From NCBI RefSeq assembly GCF_006345805.1, contig NC_042998.1, positions 145,328,001-145,392,000 of the forward strand: DNA of 64,000 nucleotides, in the 5' to 3' direction. Position 1 is the first letter of the stretch, and each line of letters opens with the position of its first letter. Source of the stretch: Octopus sinensis (lineage: Eukaryota). Positions 26,394-39,329 of this stretch are shown here, piece after piece. A program made the position numbers and the translations under genes. The notes beneath the pieces were generated by a model, which did no database searches, had not been told where the DNA came from, and saw nothing but the letters and a program-made list of their open reading frames with translations.

Positions 26394-28023
26394 CAGTTGC
26401 GGCCAAAATATTCAGAACGGCAATGTTTTCGCCAGAAAAGTAGGTATATGTTTTTATCAAAGTTGTTTTATATTCTATAATTTTCACAGGCAATAAATAC
26501 GATATTATTTGTTATTGTCTGAGATTTGGGTGTAATTTGAGAGGATAATAAAAAAAGTTATGGATGATTTAGTGCTTTACTGCAAAACCTATGGCGGCCA
26601 AAATGATCAGAACGGTTGCTTTTACTCCATGTTTTAGTATATTTAACCGTCGAACTCTAATGCTTTGAATTTGTTTACGTGACAGTTCGTTTACTAAACA
26701 TTAGTAAGAATATCTGCAGTGTACTTTGTTAATATAATGCCACTTACTCCGTTACCAATTCGTCAGCAGATTATTAAGCTTCGAAAGAAGGATAATTTAA
26801 GTATTAGGTCTATTGCAAAGATTGTTAACAAGTCAAAAAGTGTTCTTCACGGTATTCTTAAGGTCTACGATGATTGTGGTTCGTGTGAAGCAAGAAAGTC
26901 TACAGGTAGGCCTAGAAAAACGACCAAGAGAGAAGATCGTGCTATGGTAAATTTGGTTAAAAAGGACAGATTTAAAACTGCTGCTGCTGTTTCTCGGGAA
27001 ATGAGCATTGTACTGAAGAAAACTTTATCTCGAAAAACTGTCTCGTCCTTTAGTTGAACATGACCTACAAGCAAGAGCACCTGCAGTGAAGCCACTGATC
27101 AGCTCCAAGAATAAAAAGTGTCGTCTTACCTTTGTAACCGAACATGTGTTGTGGTCTCAAGAAAAATGGCAAACGGTGCATTTCAGTGATGAATCTAAGT
27201 CTATGTTATTTGGCTCAGATGGGAAAAGGTACGTTCGTCGAAAAGCAGGGGAAAAATTGTCACCTAAATGCCTAAAGACTAGTGTTAAATTCGGTGGAGG
27301 AAGTGTCTTGGTTTGGGGGATGATATCTGGAGATGTTGTGGGCCCTTTGCTGCGATTACATGGAAAGGTAAATGCAGGAGTTTATAAACAACTTGTAAAA
27401 GATCATGTCTTGCCTGTGCTGAGAAATTCAACTAAGCGACCACCCATATTCATGCAGGACAATGCCCCATGTCACAAGGCTAAGGTGGTCATGAACTTCC
27501 TCAAGGCTAAAAAGGTTATTGTTATGGATTGGCCTGCTCAAAGCCCAGACCTCAATCCTATTGAAAATGTGTGGAATATTCTAAGAGAACGTTTGAAAGC
27601 CAGAAATCCTAAAACAACCGAGCAATTATGGAATGCCCTTCAGGAAGAATGGAATAAGATCACCCAGCAAGAAATTGAAAATTCAATTTCCCCATGCAGT
27701 CAAAAATGTCAAACTTTGATTGAAGCTAAAGGGCTTCACACTAAATATGAAATAATTCCAGCATTCTCTGTCACTTTTTGATTATTTTGTTATTTTTTCA
27801 ACCGTTCTGATCATTTTGACCACCATGGGTTTTGAAGTAATTCACTAAATCATCCATAACTTTTGTATTATCCTCTCAAATTACACCCAAATCTCAGACA
27901 ATACCAATTAATATCGTATTTATTGTTTGTGAAAATTATAGAATATAAAATAACTTTAATAAAAACTTATACCTACTTTTCTGACGAAAACAATGCCGTT
28001 CTGAACATTTTGGCCCGCAACTG
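26394..28023 (+). mobile_element. Full-length Tc1 transposon of IR/DR type (1630 bp, 225-bp TIRs, TA target duplication)
   Basis: TIRs at 26394-26618 and 27799-28023, each with outer and inner copies of GCGGCCAAAATnnTCAGAACGG; TA at 26392-93 and 28024-25. Confidence 0.96.
26737..27751 (+). pseudogene. Tc1 DD34E transposase with one frameshift near 27043
   Basis: HTH region MPLTPLPIRQQII...GRPRKTT (ORF 26719) and catalytic FSDESK, QDNAPCH, SPDLNPIEN (34 residues counted between D and E; ORF 27086). The usual stop after TKY reads GAA. Confidence 0.95.
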
Positions 28024-28748
28024 TATTCATATACATACACATATACATATACATATATATATATACATATATACATATATACTACATAGCAGAAGTGTTT
28101 AGGCTGCCTCTCCTGATGAAGAGTCCTGTGTCAGTGCCACGTAAAAGCACCCCAACTCTTTCTAAAGTGGTTTGCGTCAGGAAGGGCATTCAGCCGTAGA
28201 ATCTATGCTAAATTAGACTGGAGCCTGGTGCAGCTCTCCAGCTTGCCAGTTCGGATCAAACCCTCTAACCCATACCAGCATGGTAAACGGACGTTAAATG
28301 ATGATGATGAAGATGCACACACATATTTACTTAAAATGAGTACTGGGGTCTACTTTTTCTACTACATCCTTCAAGGTGGTGTCCCAGCATGGCCGCAGTC
28401 CATTAACTGAATGTAGTACAAGATGACGACACGTTCACAGTATTACTATATGTACTCTGCGATAGACGTTTGTCATCGTAGCCGCTCAATATTTCTCCAT
28501 TGTATGCAACAAACGGACTGTTTGAGAGAGAAGATCCACATAGAATATTATTAAAAATCAATGCCAGCAATGTTTATAGAAAGCATTGGAGTATTTTTGT
28601 CGCCTCGTTGAGAAATCAATAAATCTATGAAGGGTTGAAAGAAAAATTTCTCATATCACAGATCAATATATACGTATTTGGCGGCGTTTAAAAACACAAA
28701 CATACGCAAACGCATACGCATGCCCACACAGAAACACACACACACGCA

Positions 28749-28786
<38 letters not shown>

Positions 28787-28914
28787 TTCAGACACATACA
28801 TACGTGTTTATTACAGGGCTGAAATTACGCCCTGTTATTATTCAGTGTTTCGCGGAAATTGCTGTTCGCATATCTATGAAACTCTGAGTAGTATTTCAGA
28901 ATGTTCTAAGCATT

Positions 28915-29036
28915 ATAATAGATACTTATACCCTATATCGAATACTCTTTTCTCTGTCTGTAAACTCAAACGTATGTACGTTTGAGTTTACAGACAGAGA
29001 AAAGAGTATTCGATATAGGGTATAAGTATCTATTAT
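28915..29036. repeat. Perfect palindrome: 60-bp arms, 2-nt loop
   Basis: 28915-28974 is the exact reverse complement of 28977-29036. Confidence 0.97.
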
Positions 29037-29460
29037 GTATGTATGTATGTATGTATTATGTGTGTATGTATCTATGTATGTATGTATTATGTATGTATGT
29101 ATGTATGTATGTATGTCTGTGTATGTATGTATGTGTGTGTATATGTATGTATGTATGTATGTATGTATGCATGTATGTATGTATGCATGCGTGTACGCGC
29201 GCATTAAATAGAATGTGGTGCAGGAGGACAACTAAGAAATATACGGAAAAGAGAAGACACGCAATGGAACGGGCATGCTTAGTTCCTTACCAGTCATTGA
29301 CCAAATATCATGAAAATCTTAACACCTTATACGTATATTTGCACAATCATGTATGTAAATATGTGTGTGTATGTATGTATGTATGTATGTATGTATGTAT
29401 GTATGTATGTATGTATGTATGTATGTATGTATGTATGTATGTATCTATCTATTTATCTAT

Positions 29461-29935
29461 CTAACTAATTCCCGCTATCTCCGCATGCTGCAGAATGCTC
29501 ACCAGCATGGGGTAGTTGCCTTTATAGCATTCGACCTTTGTTAAAGCATTCAAGGAAATTATGTGAAGAGCTGTTCTTGCTGTGATATTATCTCTCCATC
29601 TCTTAGGTTGCCGACCTCTGTTTCTTTTTCCATTAATTACGCCTTCCAAACAGATCTTTCTGACGCCACAACCATTCGGTTTTTGTTGCCAAGCAGTTTT
29701 GGGTACTTTTTTGTTGTTGACAGTAGAGATTGGTGGTAATTTGGCTATTTGTCTTAGATCTTCAATTCTGATATAGTTTGAGAGCTTAGTGCTAGTAAGA
29801 TGTCATATTACATGATTCTGAAAGACTTGCAGCTTTTGTAGTGCATCAGAAGTTCAACTTTCACATTCTAACCCATATAAAACTACTGAAAAAATTTAGA
29901 TGTTGTAGATGCTTGATTTTATTAGAATTGTAATT
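29461..29935 (-). mobile_element. RTE-type LINE 3' end
   Basis: ORF 29461-29649: MEGVINGKRNRGRQPKRWRDNI, the RTE C-terminal G-R-RGRP-RW motif. Confidence 0.78.
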
Positions 29936-29959
29936 ATTTTTTCAAGTAAGTGCAATTTT

Positions 29960-30136
29960 CATTATCTACATTATTTACATTCGACGGATATTTGTCCTCA
30001 TCTTGTTTGTTGTTAATACAACGTTTCGGATGATATGCCCTCCAGCCTTCCTCGGGTGTCTTGGGGGAAATTTCGAACCTGGGTTCTCATTCCTAAGGTA
30101 TTTTTCGATGTTACTATTATTATTATATTATTATTA

Positions 30137-30198
<62 letters not shown>

Positions 30199-30268
30199 TC
30201 ACTGCCTGGAATCAGACTCGGAATCTTGGGGTTAGTAGCCCGCGCTCTTAACCACTATACCATATGCC
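29960..30268 (-). mobile_element. tRNA-headed SINE-like element with internal (AAT)n and a hammerhead-like motif in its tail
   Basis: Head GGCATATGGTATAGTGGTTAAGAGCGCGGGCTACTAACCCC...GAGTCTGATTCCAGG (A and B boxes); motif at 30015-30061; short tandem AATGTA(A/G)AT tail. Confidence 0.6.
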
Positions 30269-30968
30269 TTTTATTGTAATAACACAATTACATGCACGCA
30301 AAAAAAGGAACTAAGCACCTGTCAAAATATACATAATGCAGAACTACAAAAACTGTAAACCACAGCAAAACTTTTAAAAAGAAAAGAAAAATTCCAAAGG
30401 AAAAAGAAATTCAGAAATTAAAAAATCCAACAAGGTGAACATCTCTTCCTCCTACTATTCCCAAAGACTGGAATATCTCCAATTTCCTGTGAATATTTTA
30501 AATATCCCTCAAAATGAAATAAGTTAGGAAACTTACATACCTACAGCTTTCGAACATACAAACGATCAGCTTTAAAAAAACCTTTAATATATACAACTAC
30601 TGTGTGAATACTTATCCTCTCCCTGAGTATTCGAAAGTGTAAACATCCCCCTCCTTTTTATTCTAAGAACACTACCATTTTTCTCTGTGCGGTCATACAA
30701 AAGATCTTATTTAGTAAATCTTAAAATATACGGAAAAGAGAAGACACGTTTTCTATTCTTTTTGTCTCTCCCTGAGTATTTGAAAATGTAAACATCCTTT
30801 TCATTGCAAAAGTCTTATGTATTCTCCAATTGGACAGACAAACGAACATCTCAAGAAAACTTAAAAACTTTAATATATTACCCAAATACGTAAATACCTT
30901 TTATTGCAACAACACAATCGAATTCAGAAATTCAAAAATTCAGCGACGTGAATATCAGTATATATATG

Positions 30969-30999
<31 letters not shown>

Positions 31000-31499
31000 A
31001 TGTATGTGTGCGTGTGCGTGTGTATTATTATTGTTTTTTCTACCAGTAATTACAAATAGAACAGGTTGAATTGCTTCTTTTCAAGGCAGCGCTCTCAGTG
31101 GCCACTGGTAGTAGTAAACACATTTGACCTCTGCTGACCCAAAGAGTGCAAAGATTCCTTTGTCTCTATAGCTGACTTCCCCACCATCTGCCGAATCTAT
31201 TTAAAGACCCGTAGATTATAATCTATTCACCAAACTGCTACTCAACTATTTCTTCAAACAATGGTAGTGGTGGTGATGTTGATAATGATAATAATAATAA
31301 TGATAATAATATGCTGCAGCTGCTAATATTAAATACTACTAACACTACAATAATACTACAAGTACTACTATTATGATAGTACAGGAATCTGAGGCTCAAC
31401 TACCGCCCTTACCACTACTCCACCCCTGCTACTGTTGCTGTTGCTGCAACCACTGCTGCTACTACGCATAAAAACAATAATATAAGTGATAAGAGATGA

Positions 31500-33545
31500 T
31501 AATAATAATAAGGAAAGGAAACGGGTGGAGCCTCCTCCTCATGGGCTGATTAATGATACATCTAGTGATGGTGTCACAATAAAATCACTGGTAATTACGC
31601 AACCTGATAATCGCTACCTTATATGAGTGACAATGAAAAAACAAAATATTGTGAATAACGGTGGTAATGAAACTGATGCCAATAATGGTGACAGTGTTAC
31701 ACCTGGTAGGCTCAGAAATTCTAGTCCTGCTCCAGCCTGTCGATATCCAGAAAGGGACCACCACAGACGGCGTAGATGGAGCAAGCAAATTAATGTTGTG
31801 GTCATGGAGTTTTACTACCTGAGCAGCCCGGTAGATGAAAATGGTGCTGAAATTAGGGGTTACCGACAACGTATGTATGATCATTGGAGAGAAAAGGGAT
31901 TGTTTCAACTCACGGAACAGAGACTATGTGATCAAGCTAGAGCAATAAGAAAAAAATGTTGGTTCACAGAAGTAGAGCTCGAAGCTATCAAAAGACGGGT
32001 CATGGAAAATAGCAGCAGAGATAACAACGAAAATACAGTTCTTACTAATAAGAGTAATCCCATACTCCAGGAAAAGAGCAGTGGTAGTTTACTTGGTGAG
32101 AGACATTTAGATGATCTAAAAGAAGGCTTTAAAACTAATGGCGACATGAAAGATGAAGAACAGGCAATCTACAACAGAATAAAGGTAAGACTACAGGAGA
32201 ACGATAGCGGCATTATTTGCAATCTTAAAACGAAATTCTGAAATACATCACAACAAACAACATCACAGAAACAAATAATTTGATCAAGGCAGCAAGTATT
32301 GTTGTATCAGGAAACGTGAGCTAACGGTACCGTCGGGGGGGGGGGTATGAAGCAGATAGAAGAGACGGGCTATAAGCACTTGGGGATTTTGGAAATGGAT
32401 AAATTGATAGAGAACGAAATGACAGAAAAAATTAAGGTGGAGTACTTGCACAGACTGAGACTGATCCTTAAGTCGAAATTAAACAGACGGAATAAGATTG
32501 AAGCTATCAACACCTGGGCGGTTTCACTCTTCAGATATGGAGCAGGGTAATCGCATGGACAGTAAACGAACTAAACAGCTTAGACAGAAAGACAAGGAAG
32601 TTGCTAACTAGATATGGGTCACTCCACTAAAACCGAGACACAGATTGCATGTACCAAGAAAAAGAGGAGGAAGAGGAGTTATTGGATGCGAACACAGCAT
32701 TAGAGCAGAAAAAAACAACATAGCATGGTATGTAAAAAATGCCACAGAACCGCTGTTATTAGAAGTAAGAAGGTCAGGCTTGTGTAGGATGAAAGATTGC
32801 AAAGAAATTGAAAACTAATAAAACTGAAAATAGGTGGGTAAAGAAAAGAATGCATGGTCAATTTCATAGAGATGTTGAAGATAAGACAGACAGAGAAAAA
32901 AGATGGCTGTGGATGACTAAAAGTGATTTAAAACCGGAAACGGAGACTCTAATCTGTGCTGCCCAAGAGCAAGCACTAAGAACAAGCTACATACAATACA
33001 GAATAGACAACACAGAGAAAGTGATAAGTGTAGAATATGTGGACAAAACAGTGAAACCGTATGGCATATTACCAGCCAATGTACGCCACTAGCCCAGAGG
33101 GAATATAAGAGACGTTATGACAATATAGCCAGACTTGTCCATTGGACACTTTGCAACAAGTATGAACTTGACAGAACAAAAAATTGCTACGATCACAAAC
33201 CTGAAGACATTATTGAAAATAGAAATGCAAAGATCCTATGGAATTTTATGATTCAGTGCGACTACAAGATAGAGAATAGGAAGACGGACATAGTCTTAAT
33301 TGAGAAAGAAAACAAACTATGTTGGATCATAGATATAGCATGCCCAGCTGACAACAAGGTATGCGATAAGGAAGAAAGAAAAGTCGAGATATATGACAGG
33401 TTGGCTTCGGAAGTCAAGTAGTGGTGGTGAAAGGTTGCAGTAGTACCAATAATTGTTGGAGCCCTGGGAACAGTGAGCAAAAATCTCGAGAAGTACGTGA
33501 AACAAATAGGGGCTGCAATAAGGGTGGAGCACTTGCAGAAAAACA
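31500..33545 (+). mobile_element. Internally deleted Dong/R4-type LINE (5' UTR, N-terminus, RT thumb, CCHC, REL)
   Basis: ORF 31627: RRWSKQINVVVMEFYY...GYRQRM...TEQRLCDQARAIRK; ORF 32347: YKHLGILE...RLILKSKLN; ORF 32808: MHGQF...ETETLICAAQEQALRT; then KTDIVL...IDIACPAD...VPIIVGALG. The RT palm is missing. Confidence 0.9.
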
Positions 33546-33553
33546 TGTATATG

Positions 33554-33587
<34 letters not shown>

Positions 33588-33629
33588 ATATTGATCAAAA
33601 TAAAATAAAAACATGATGCGAAGGATTCA

Positions 33630-33707
33630 GCGGTACATATGTTTCGGGCCTTTATTATACAGATTTATAACAATGCATAATGTATGTCTGTGGCCTTCTT
33701 CAGCCGC
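33630..33707 (-). ncRNA. Type I hammerhead-ribozyme-like motif with intact core
   Basis: GCGG-CUGAAGA-A-GGCC-ACAGA...UCUGU...AGGCCC-GAAAC-AUAU-GUA-CCGC; 4-bp stem I and palindromic stem III loop. Confidence 0.7.
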
Positions 33708-34440
33708 GCACAACAGCTTCCACAAGGACATGTGTTACATCAAAAATTCTTGGTTGGGGATGCAAATCCTCTCATTCACGTACGACATAATGCGGCAGTA
33801 GCATAGAATTGAAGCGTCCATCTCTTTCTTCTCTCAATGTAGAATGAGGAAAATTGGATGTTGAGGTAATGTAAATAAATAAATACATATATAGAGGTGG
33901 AGATGGAGGGGCGAGAGTTCGGGACGAGGGATAAAAAATGTATAAAAAGTGTAAGTATAGAATAATATAAAAATGTAGAGGATAAAGATATAAAGAGTTG
34001 TAAGGAGATGTAAAGGGGGTATAAAGAAATATAAAGAAATATAAATAAATGTAAAGGCATAAAGTTATAAAGTAAAAATAGAAATAGAAATAAAAGTAAA
34101 AAAACCTGATAAAAACATGATAAAAGTGTAAAAGAATGTAAAGATAAGGGATGTATAGAGGTTACGGACCAAGCATGGTGGTCAGGAGATTGATAAAATT
34201 TAGTTGTAGAATTGTCAGTAAATCAACAGTTTCGTCTGGGGACCTAATGCGTTGTAAATCAGAGCTGATGAGCATTTAATCTGGTTCCTTGAATTAAATG
34301 GACTTCTAGTACATACATATCATCATGGATACATACACCCACATACACGCGTACATATACGCCTCCAAGCCTATAAGCATACACACGCACTCGCGTGTAA
34401 ACACGTACATAAACACATACGCACCCACACCCATATATAG

Positions 34441-34838
34441 GGCGTAGGAGTGGCTGTGTGGTAAGTTACTTGCTTACGAACCACATGATTCCGGGTTCAG
34501 TCCCACTGCGTGGCACCTTGGGCAAGTGTCTTCTAATATAGCCCCGGGCCGACCAAAGCTTTGCGAGTGGATTTGGTAGACGAAAACTGAAAGAAGCCCG
34601 TCGTATATATGCATATATGTATGTATGTGTGGGTATATGTTTGTGTGTCTGTGTTTGCCTCCCCCCCCAAATCGCTTGAGAATCGATGCTGGTGTGTTTA
34701 CGTCCCCGTAACTTAGCGGTTCGGCAAAAGAGACCGATAGAATAAGTACTAGGCTTACAAAGAATAAGTCCTGGGGTCGATTAGTTCGACTAAAGGCGGT
34801 GCTCCGGCATGGCTACAGTCAAATGACTGAAACAAGTA
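34441..34838 (+). mobile_element. tRNA-derived SINE with CORE-like segment; second full copy at 43259-43672, minus-strand fragments at about 18550-18680 and 25830-25960
   Basis: tRNA-like head GGAGTGGCTGTGTGGTAAG...GGGTTCAGTCCC, GGCACCTTGGGCAAGTG, internal microsatellite and tail GACTGAAACAAGTA; the two full copies align end to end. Confidence 0.9.
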
Positions 34839-34864
34839 TATATATATATATACCTATATGTATA

Positions 34865-34921
<57 letters not shown>

Positions 34922-35070
34922 GCATACATATATATAGAGAAAGAAGAGGGAGAGAGGCGGGAGAGAAAGAGAGAGGGGCAGAGGAAGAGATAGATAAATA
35001 GATAGGTAGACTGACAGACAGACAGATATATAAATGATAGGTATTGCAAAGACCGGACTTTGTATCAACG

Positions 35071-35137
<67 letters not shown>

Positions 35138-36001
35138 ATTTCTGTCTGTCTGTCTGTACATACATACATGCATACATACATACATACATACATACTACAT
35201 ACATACATACATACATACATACATACATAAATACATACATACATACAGTCAAACAGACAAACAGACATACATACACACACATACATATATGTATATACAT
35301 ACAGAGGCAATTATGCAAATAAACAAATTAGATACAAAACGAAATACAAAATATGTATATATGTATACACGCAAAACAAGAGACAGCAAAAGGTGAAGAC
35401 TTTCAGATGATGAATTTTTATGTATAAATGTATAGATATTTAATTAATAGGTCCAACTTATACAGAGTACAAACGACAGAGAAAATTTTAAATTTGATAT
35501 ATTTTATATATTTTATATATTTAATGTATCTATTTTTTTTATCCGCATAATTTCCTCTATACCCGCTCAACTTGACCCTTTTTATAGCCTTTATTTAACT
35601 TGTGGAATTGATTCCCTGTAAATACATCGGAGTCTAAGTTTGAATCTTTTGAGCACTAATAAGTGTCTTCTATACGGAGAATCTCTGGAACTCATTTATG
35701 GGCAATAGCTGTTGAATAAAGTTAAAACATGATCTGGTTTTCACGTTTATTATGGTATTTAACATTGAAAACATATTTTGTAATGTTCATAAAATGTACT
35801 ACAGTTGTCAACTCAACGGCCAGTTAAATACATTTGAAATCTGACGATTACCACCAAACGTATGAAAGCGCTAATTGAACAGTATGAACATTACAAAATA
35901 TTTTCTTAAATTTGAAATACCATACTAAAAAAGTGAAAACCAGATTATGTTTTAACTTTATTCAACTGATATATTATTCTATACACATTCACACAAATTC
36001 G

Positions 36002-36035
<34 letters not shown>

Positions 36036-36040
<5 letters not shown>

Positions 36041-36342
36041 CGTGATCACCGTGATCGACCAGGCTATCAGATGTTCCTACACATCGCTGGTCACAATGCG
36101 CTTCGCATTGTTTTAGCCTTCAAATGACGCCACCCCGCTGGATAAGCGAGCAGGCCAACAGAAGAAAGAGTGAAAGTTGTAGCAAAAGAGTACAGAAGGG
36201 ATCGCCACCATCCCCTGCCGGAGCCTCGTGGAGCTTTAGGTGTTTTCGCTCAATAAACACTCACAACGCCTGGTCTGGGAATCGAAACCGCAATCCTACG
36301 ACAGCGAGTCCGCTGCTCTAACCACTGGGCCACTGCACCTCC
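36036..36342 (-). mobile_element. tRNA-headed SINE, short-tail subfamily; second copy at 42198-42480 (+)
   Basis: Head GGAGG(T/C)GCA(G/A)TGGCCCAGTGGTTAG...GTTTCGATTCCCAGAC; tail ends in a CACGGTGAT repeat. Confidence 0.88.
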
Positions 36343-36360
36343 ACACACACACACAAATAT

Positions 36361-36639
<279 letters not shown>

Positions 36640-36944
36640 CAACAAATATTAGAAAAAGACTTTCTTTGATTAAAAATTATTATAGATATACAACATTATA
36701 GAATATGTAAAGTATTACACAGGGTGCGACAACAAAAGCTTTCAGATTCACCGTTTTTGATACATATTTCAACCGCAAATACACAGTTCGCTCAGTTCAA
36801 AACCCTCACATAATAGAAACTAAAACAAACAACAAAATATTGGTTTCAAAGTTTGGCACATCGCTAGCAATTTCAGAGAAATGATACTTATTTTTCCAAT
36901 TTAATTCAATTCAATTTTTATTGGCTCAAAAAGCAAAAGAAAGG

Positions 36945-38005
36945 CCATGTAGGGGGACAGGGAGTTATGTACAGGGAGGATGGTCATGCAAAGAGTTCAG
37001 GCCATTTCTGGTCAAGAGAGACTTTGAATCGAGCGGTCGTCGGCATCTTCACTATCTCGCCCGGCAGCTTATTCCACGGATCCGCAACCCGGACGGAGAA
37101 AGCCCCTCTCCTTTGATTGAGATGAAATCGTCGTAGATAGAGCTTTTCGGACTGACCCCGCAGCCCATGCTCTGGAGCAGGAGTGAAGAACAGCTCATTC
37201 GAGAGGTTACACTTTCCGCTTATGATGTTGTGAGCGAGATTGAGATCGCCACGGCGTTGTCATTTTTCGAGAGAATAAAGGTCGAGCGTCTTTAGCCTTT
37301 CTTCATAAGACAAATGCTTGAAACCAAGAACCATGCGGGTAGCCAGCTTCTGGACTCTTTCGAGATGCTGTATATCTTTGAGGAGATAAGGAGAAGAGGA
37401 TTGAATCCCGTACTCTAATATGGGTCTCACCAGCGTGACACAGAGCGGTAGGAATATGACTGTTGTGAGCATTCTGAAGGGCCGTCGAATCAAAAACAAA
37501 ACTCCGCGTGCTTTGTTGGCAGAACGGACGCATTGGGCCGAAGGCGAAAAGGAAGAATCCACCAAGATACTCAGGTCCTTTACTTGGTCGGTTTTCTCCA
37601 GCAGCAGACGACCCGGCTCGAAATTAAGTTGAGTTGCAGGAGGAGAGCCAACAGGCAGATGAGAGCACTTTGACACGTTCAGATATAGGTCCCATTCGTT
37701 TGACCATCTCCAAACTTAGTGGAGGCACCGACGAAGATCATCTATATCACTGCAAAGAGCGACCAGTTTGACATTGTCGGCAAATAGAAGGGTGTGTTGC
37801 GTGAGGTCGTTGGGCAAGTCATTGATGAAGACTAAAAACAATAACGGCCCAAACACTGAACCTTGAGGCACGCCACTGCTCGCACTGGAGACGTTGGACA
37901 GCGAACCATTAACTTGGACTTGGAAGGAGCGATCTGAGAGGAAGGCACCAACCCATCGTACAATATCCGGATGGAAACGATATGCTTGAAGCTTGACAAG
38001 CTTGA
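36945..38005 (-). mobile_element. 5'-truncated CR1-group LINE (RT C-terminal half and 3' end); related RT fragment at 42560-42785 (+)
   Basis: SGVPQGSVFGPLLFLVFINDLP...LFADN; ORF 37260-37676: VKDLSILVD...LVRPILEYG...LERVQKLATR...SYEERLKTLDLYSLE; then WNKLP. Confidence 0.9.
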
Positions 38006-38364
38006 CATTTTATCGACCGCGAAAGGATAAAAGGCAAAGTCGAGTACGGCGGAATTTGAACTTAGAACATAAGGAAAGACGAAATGTCGCCAAACATTTT
38101 GACCTGTGTGCTAAAGATTCTGTCAGCTCGCCACCTTAAAAATTATATCTATTCTAGGCACAACGCCTTGAAAATTTCTTGGGGAAGTGGGCAAGTAAGT
38201 GAAATCAAACTATGAAAATATAATAAATTTGAATAAAAGATTATGAAATAAAATCTGAAAGCAAAAGGATATTGAGTTCTGACAACTGGCTATTAGTATC
38301 GCCATATCTAAACAAAATAACAAAATATCAATATGTGTATGAATATACTGGTCTGTAAACACAC

Positions 38365-38484
<120 letters not shown>

Positions 38485-38493
38485 GTTTATCTA

Positions 38494-38526
<33 letters not shown>

Positions 38527-38574
38527 ATATATATATATATATATATGCACACACACCCACATACGCAATCACGT

Positions 38575-38840
38575 ATCACGCTATCAGGGAATCGACTAGA
38601 CTCTCGGATGTTGTAATACACAACGTGCTTTCCATTGTTTTATATTCCGAATGATGCCACGCTGCCGGTTTGGCGAACAGACCAACATCCCCCTGGAACG
38701 GAACGCAAGTCCGTCGCAGGATTACCCATCTACAGCTGTGTGAACTGGAGCAGCGCATAATGAAGTGTTTTGCGCTAGACCACAATGCATGTCTGATCTG
38801 AGAATGAAAACCATGATCTCGCGATCGTTAATCCAACATC
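38575..38840 (-). mobile_element. tRNA-derived SINE with Nin-like domain; head-only fragment at about 25720-25810 (+)
   Basis: Minus strand GCTCCAGTTCACACAGCTGTAGATGGGTAA resembles the Nin/Deu CCCAGCTGTAAATGGGTA motif, following a tRNA-like head. Confidence 0.5.
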
Positions 38841-39329
38841 CTAGCTTCTAGGATTTAGAGTCTAGATCACATATGGTCTATGTGTGTTATTAAGTGCTAG
38901 TAAAAGCGTTGAATAGACAGTCATCTCTGAGAGATCGAATTCTTAAAATTCAACTACTTCATTAGAGCGAGGTCGGCCAGAAGTATAAATCAAGAATATA
39001 CCGAAGAAGAACGACGGACAAACAACTACAAGCGAAAAGATGTATGCATATATATATATATGATGGACTCTCCCGTCGAAGACGACGTATGAACGTTCAG
39101 CTTTTGCCGAACAACCGGCGCAAATGATTTGTTTATAATGATCAAATGATCGCGCTGCAGATTATCTCGCTCTCTCCCTCAAATCGATGTTGCCTGAACA
39201 GGTGCACTGTGTACCATGCGTCAGATGTCCAAGTGATCGTAGAGCAATGCGAGATGTAGTGTTTTGCTCCAGCTTTATCAGCAGTGCAAAAGTGGGGCAG
39301 CTAACTTAGGAGGGGAAGGGAATGTCTTG

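Noticed and set aside
31505-31590. HDV-like ribozyme in the Dong/R4 5' UTR (GCC-UCCUCCUCAU-GGGC)
   Set aside because: P3/L3-like look only; no P1 partner found.
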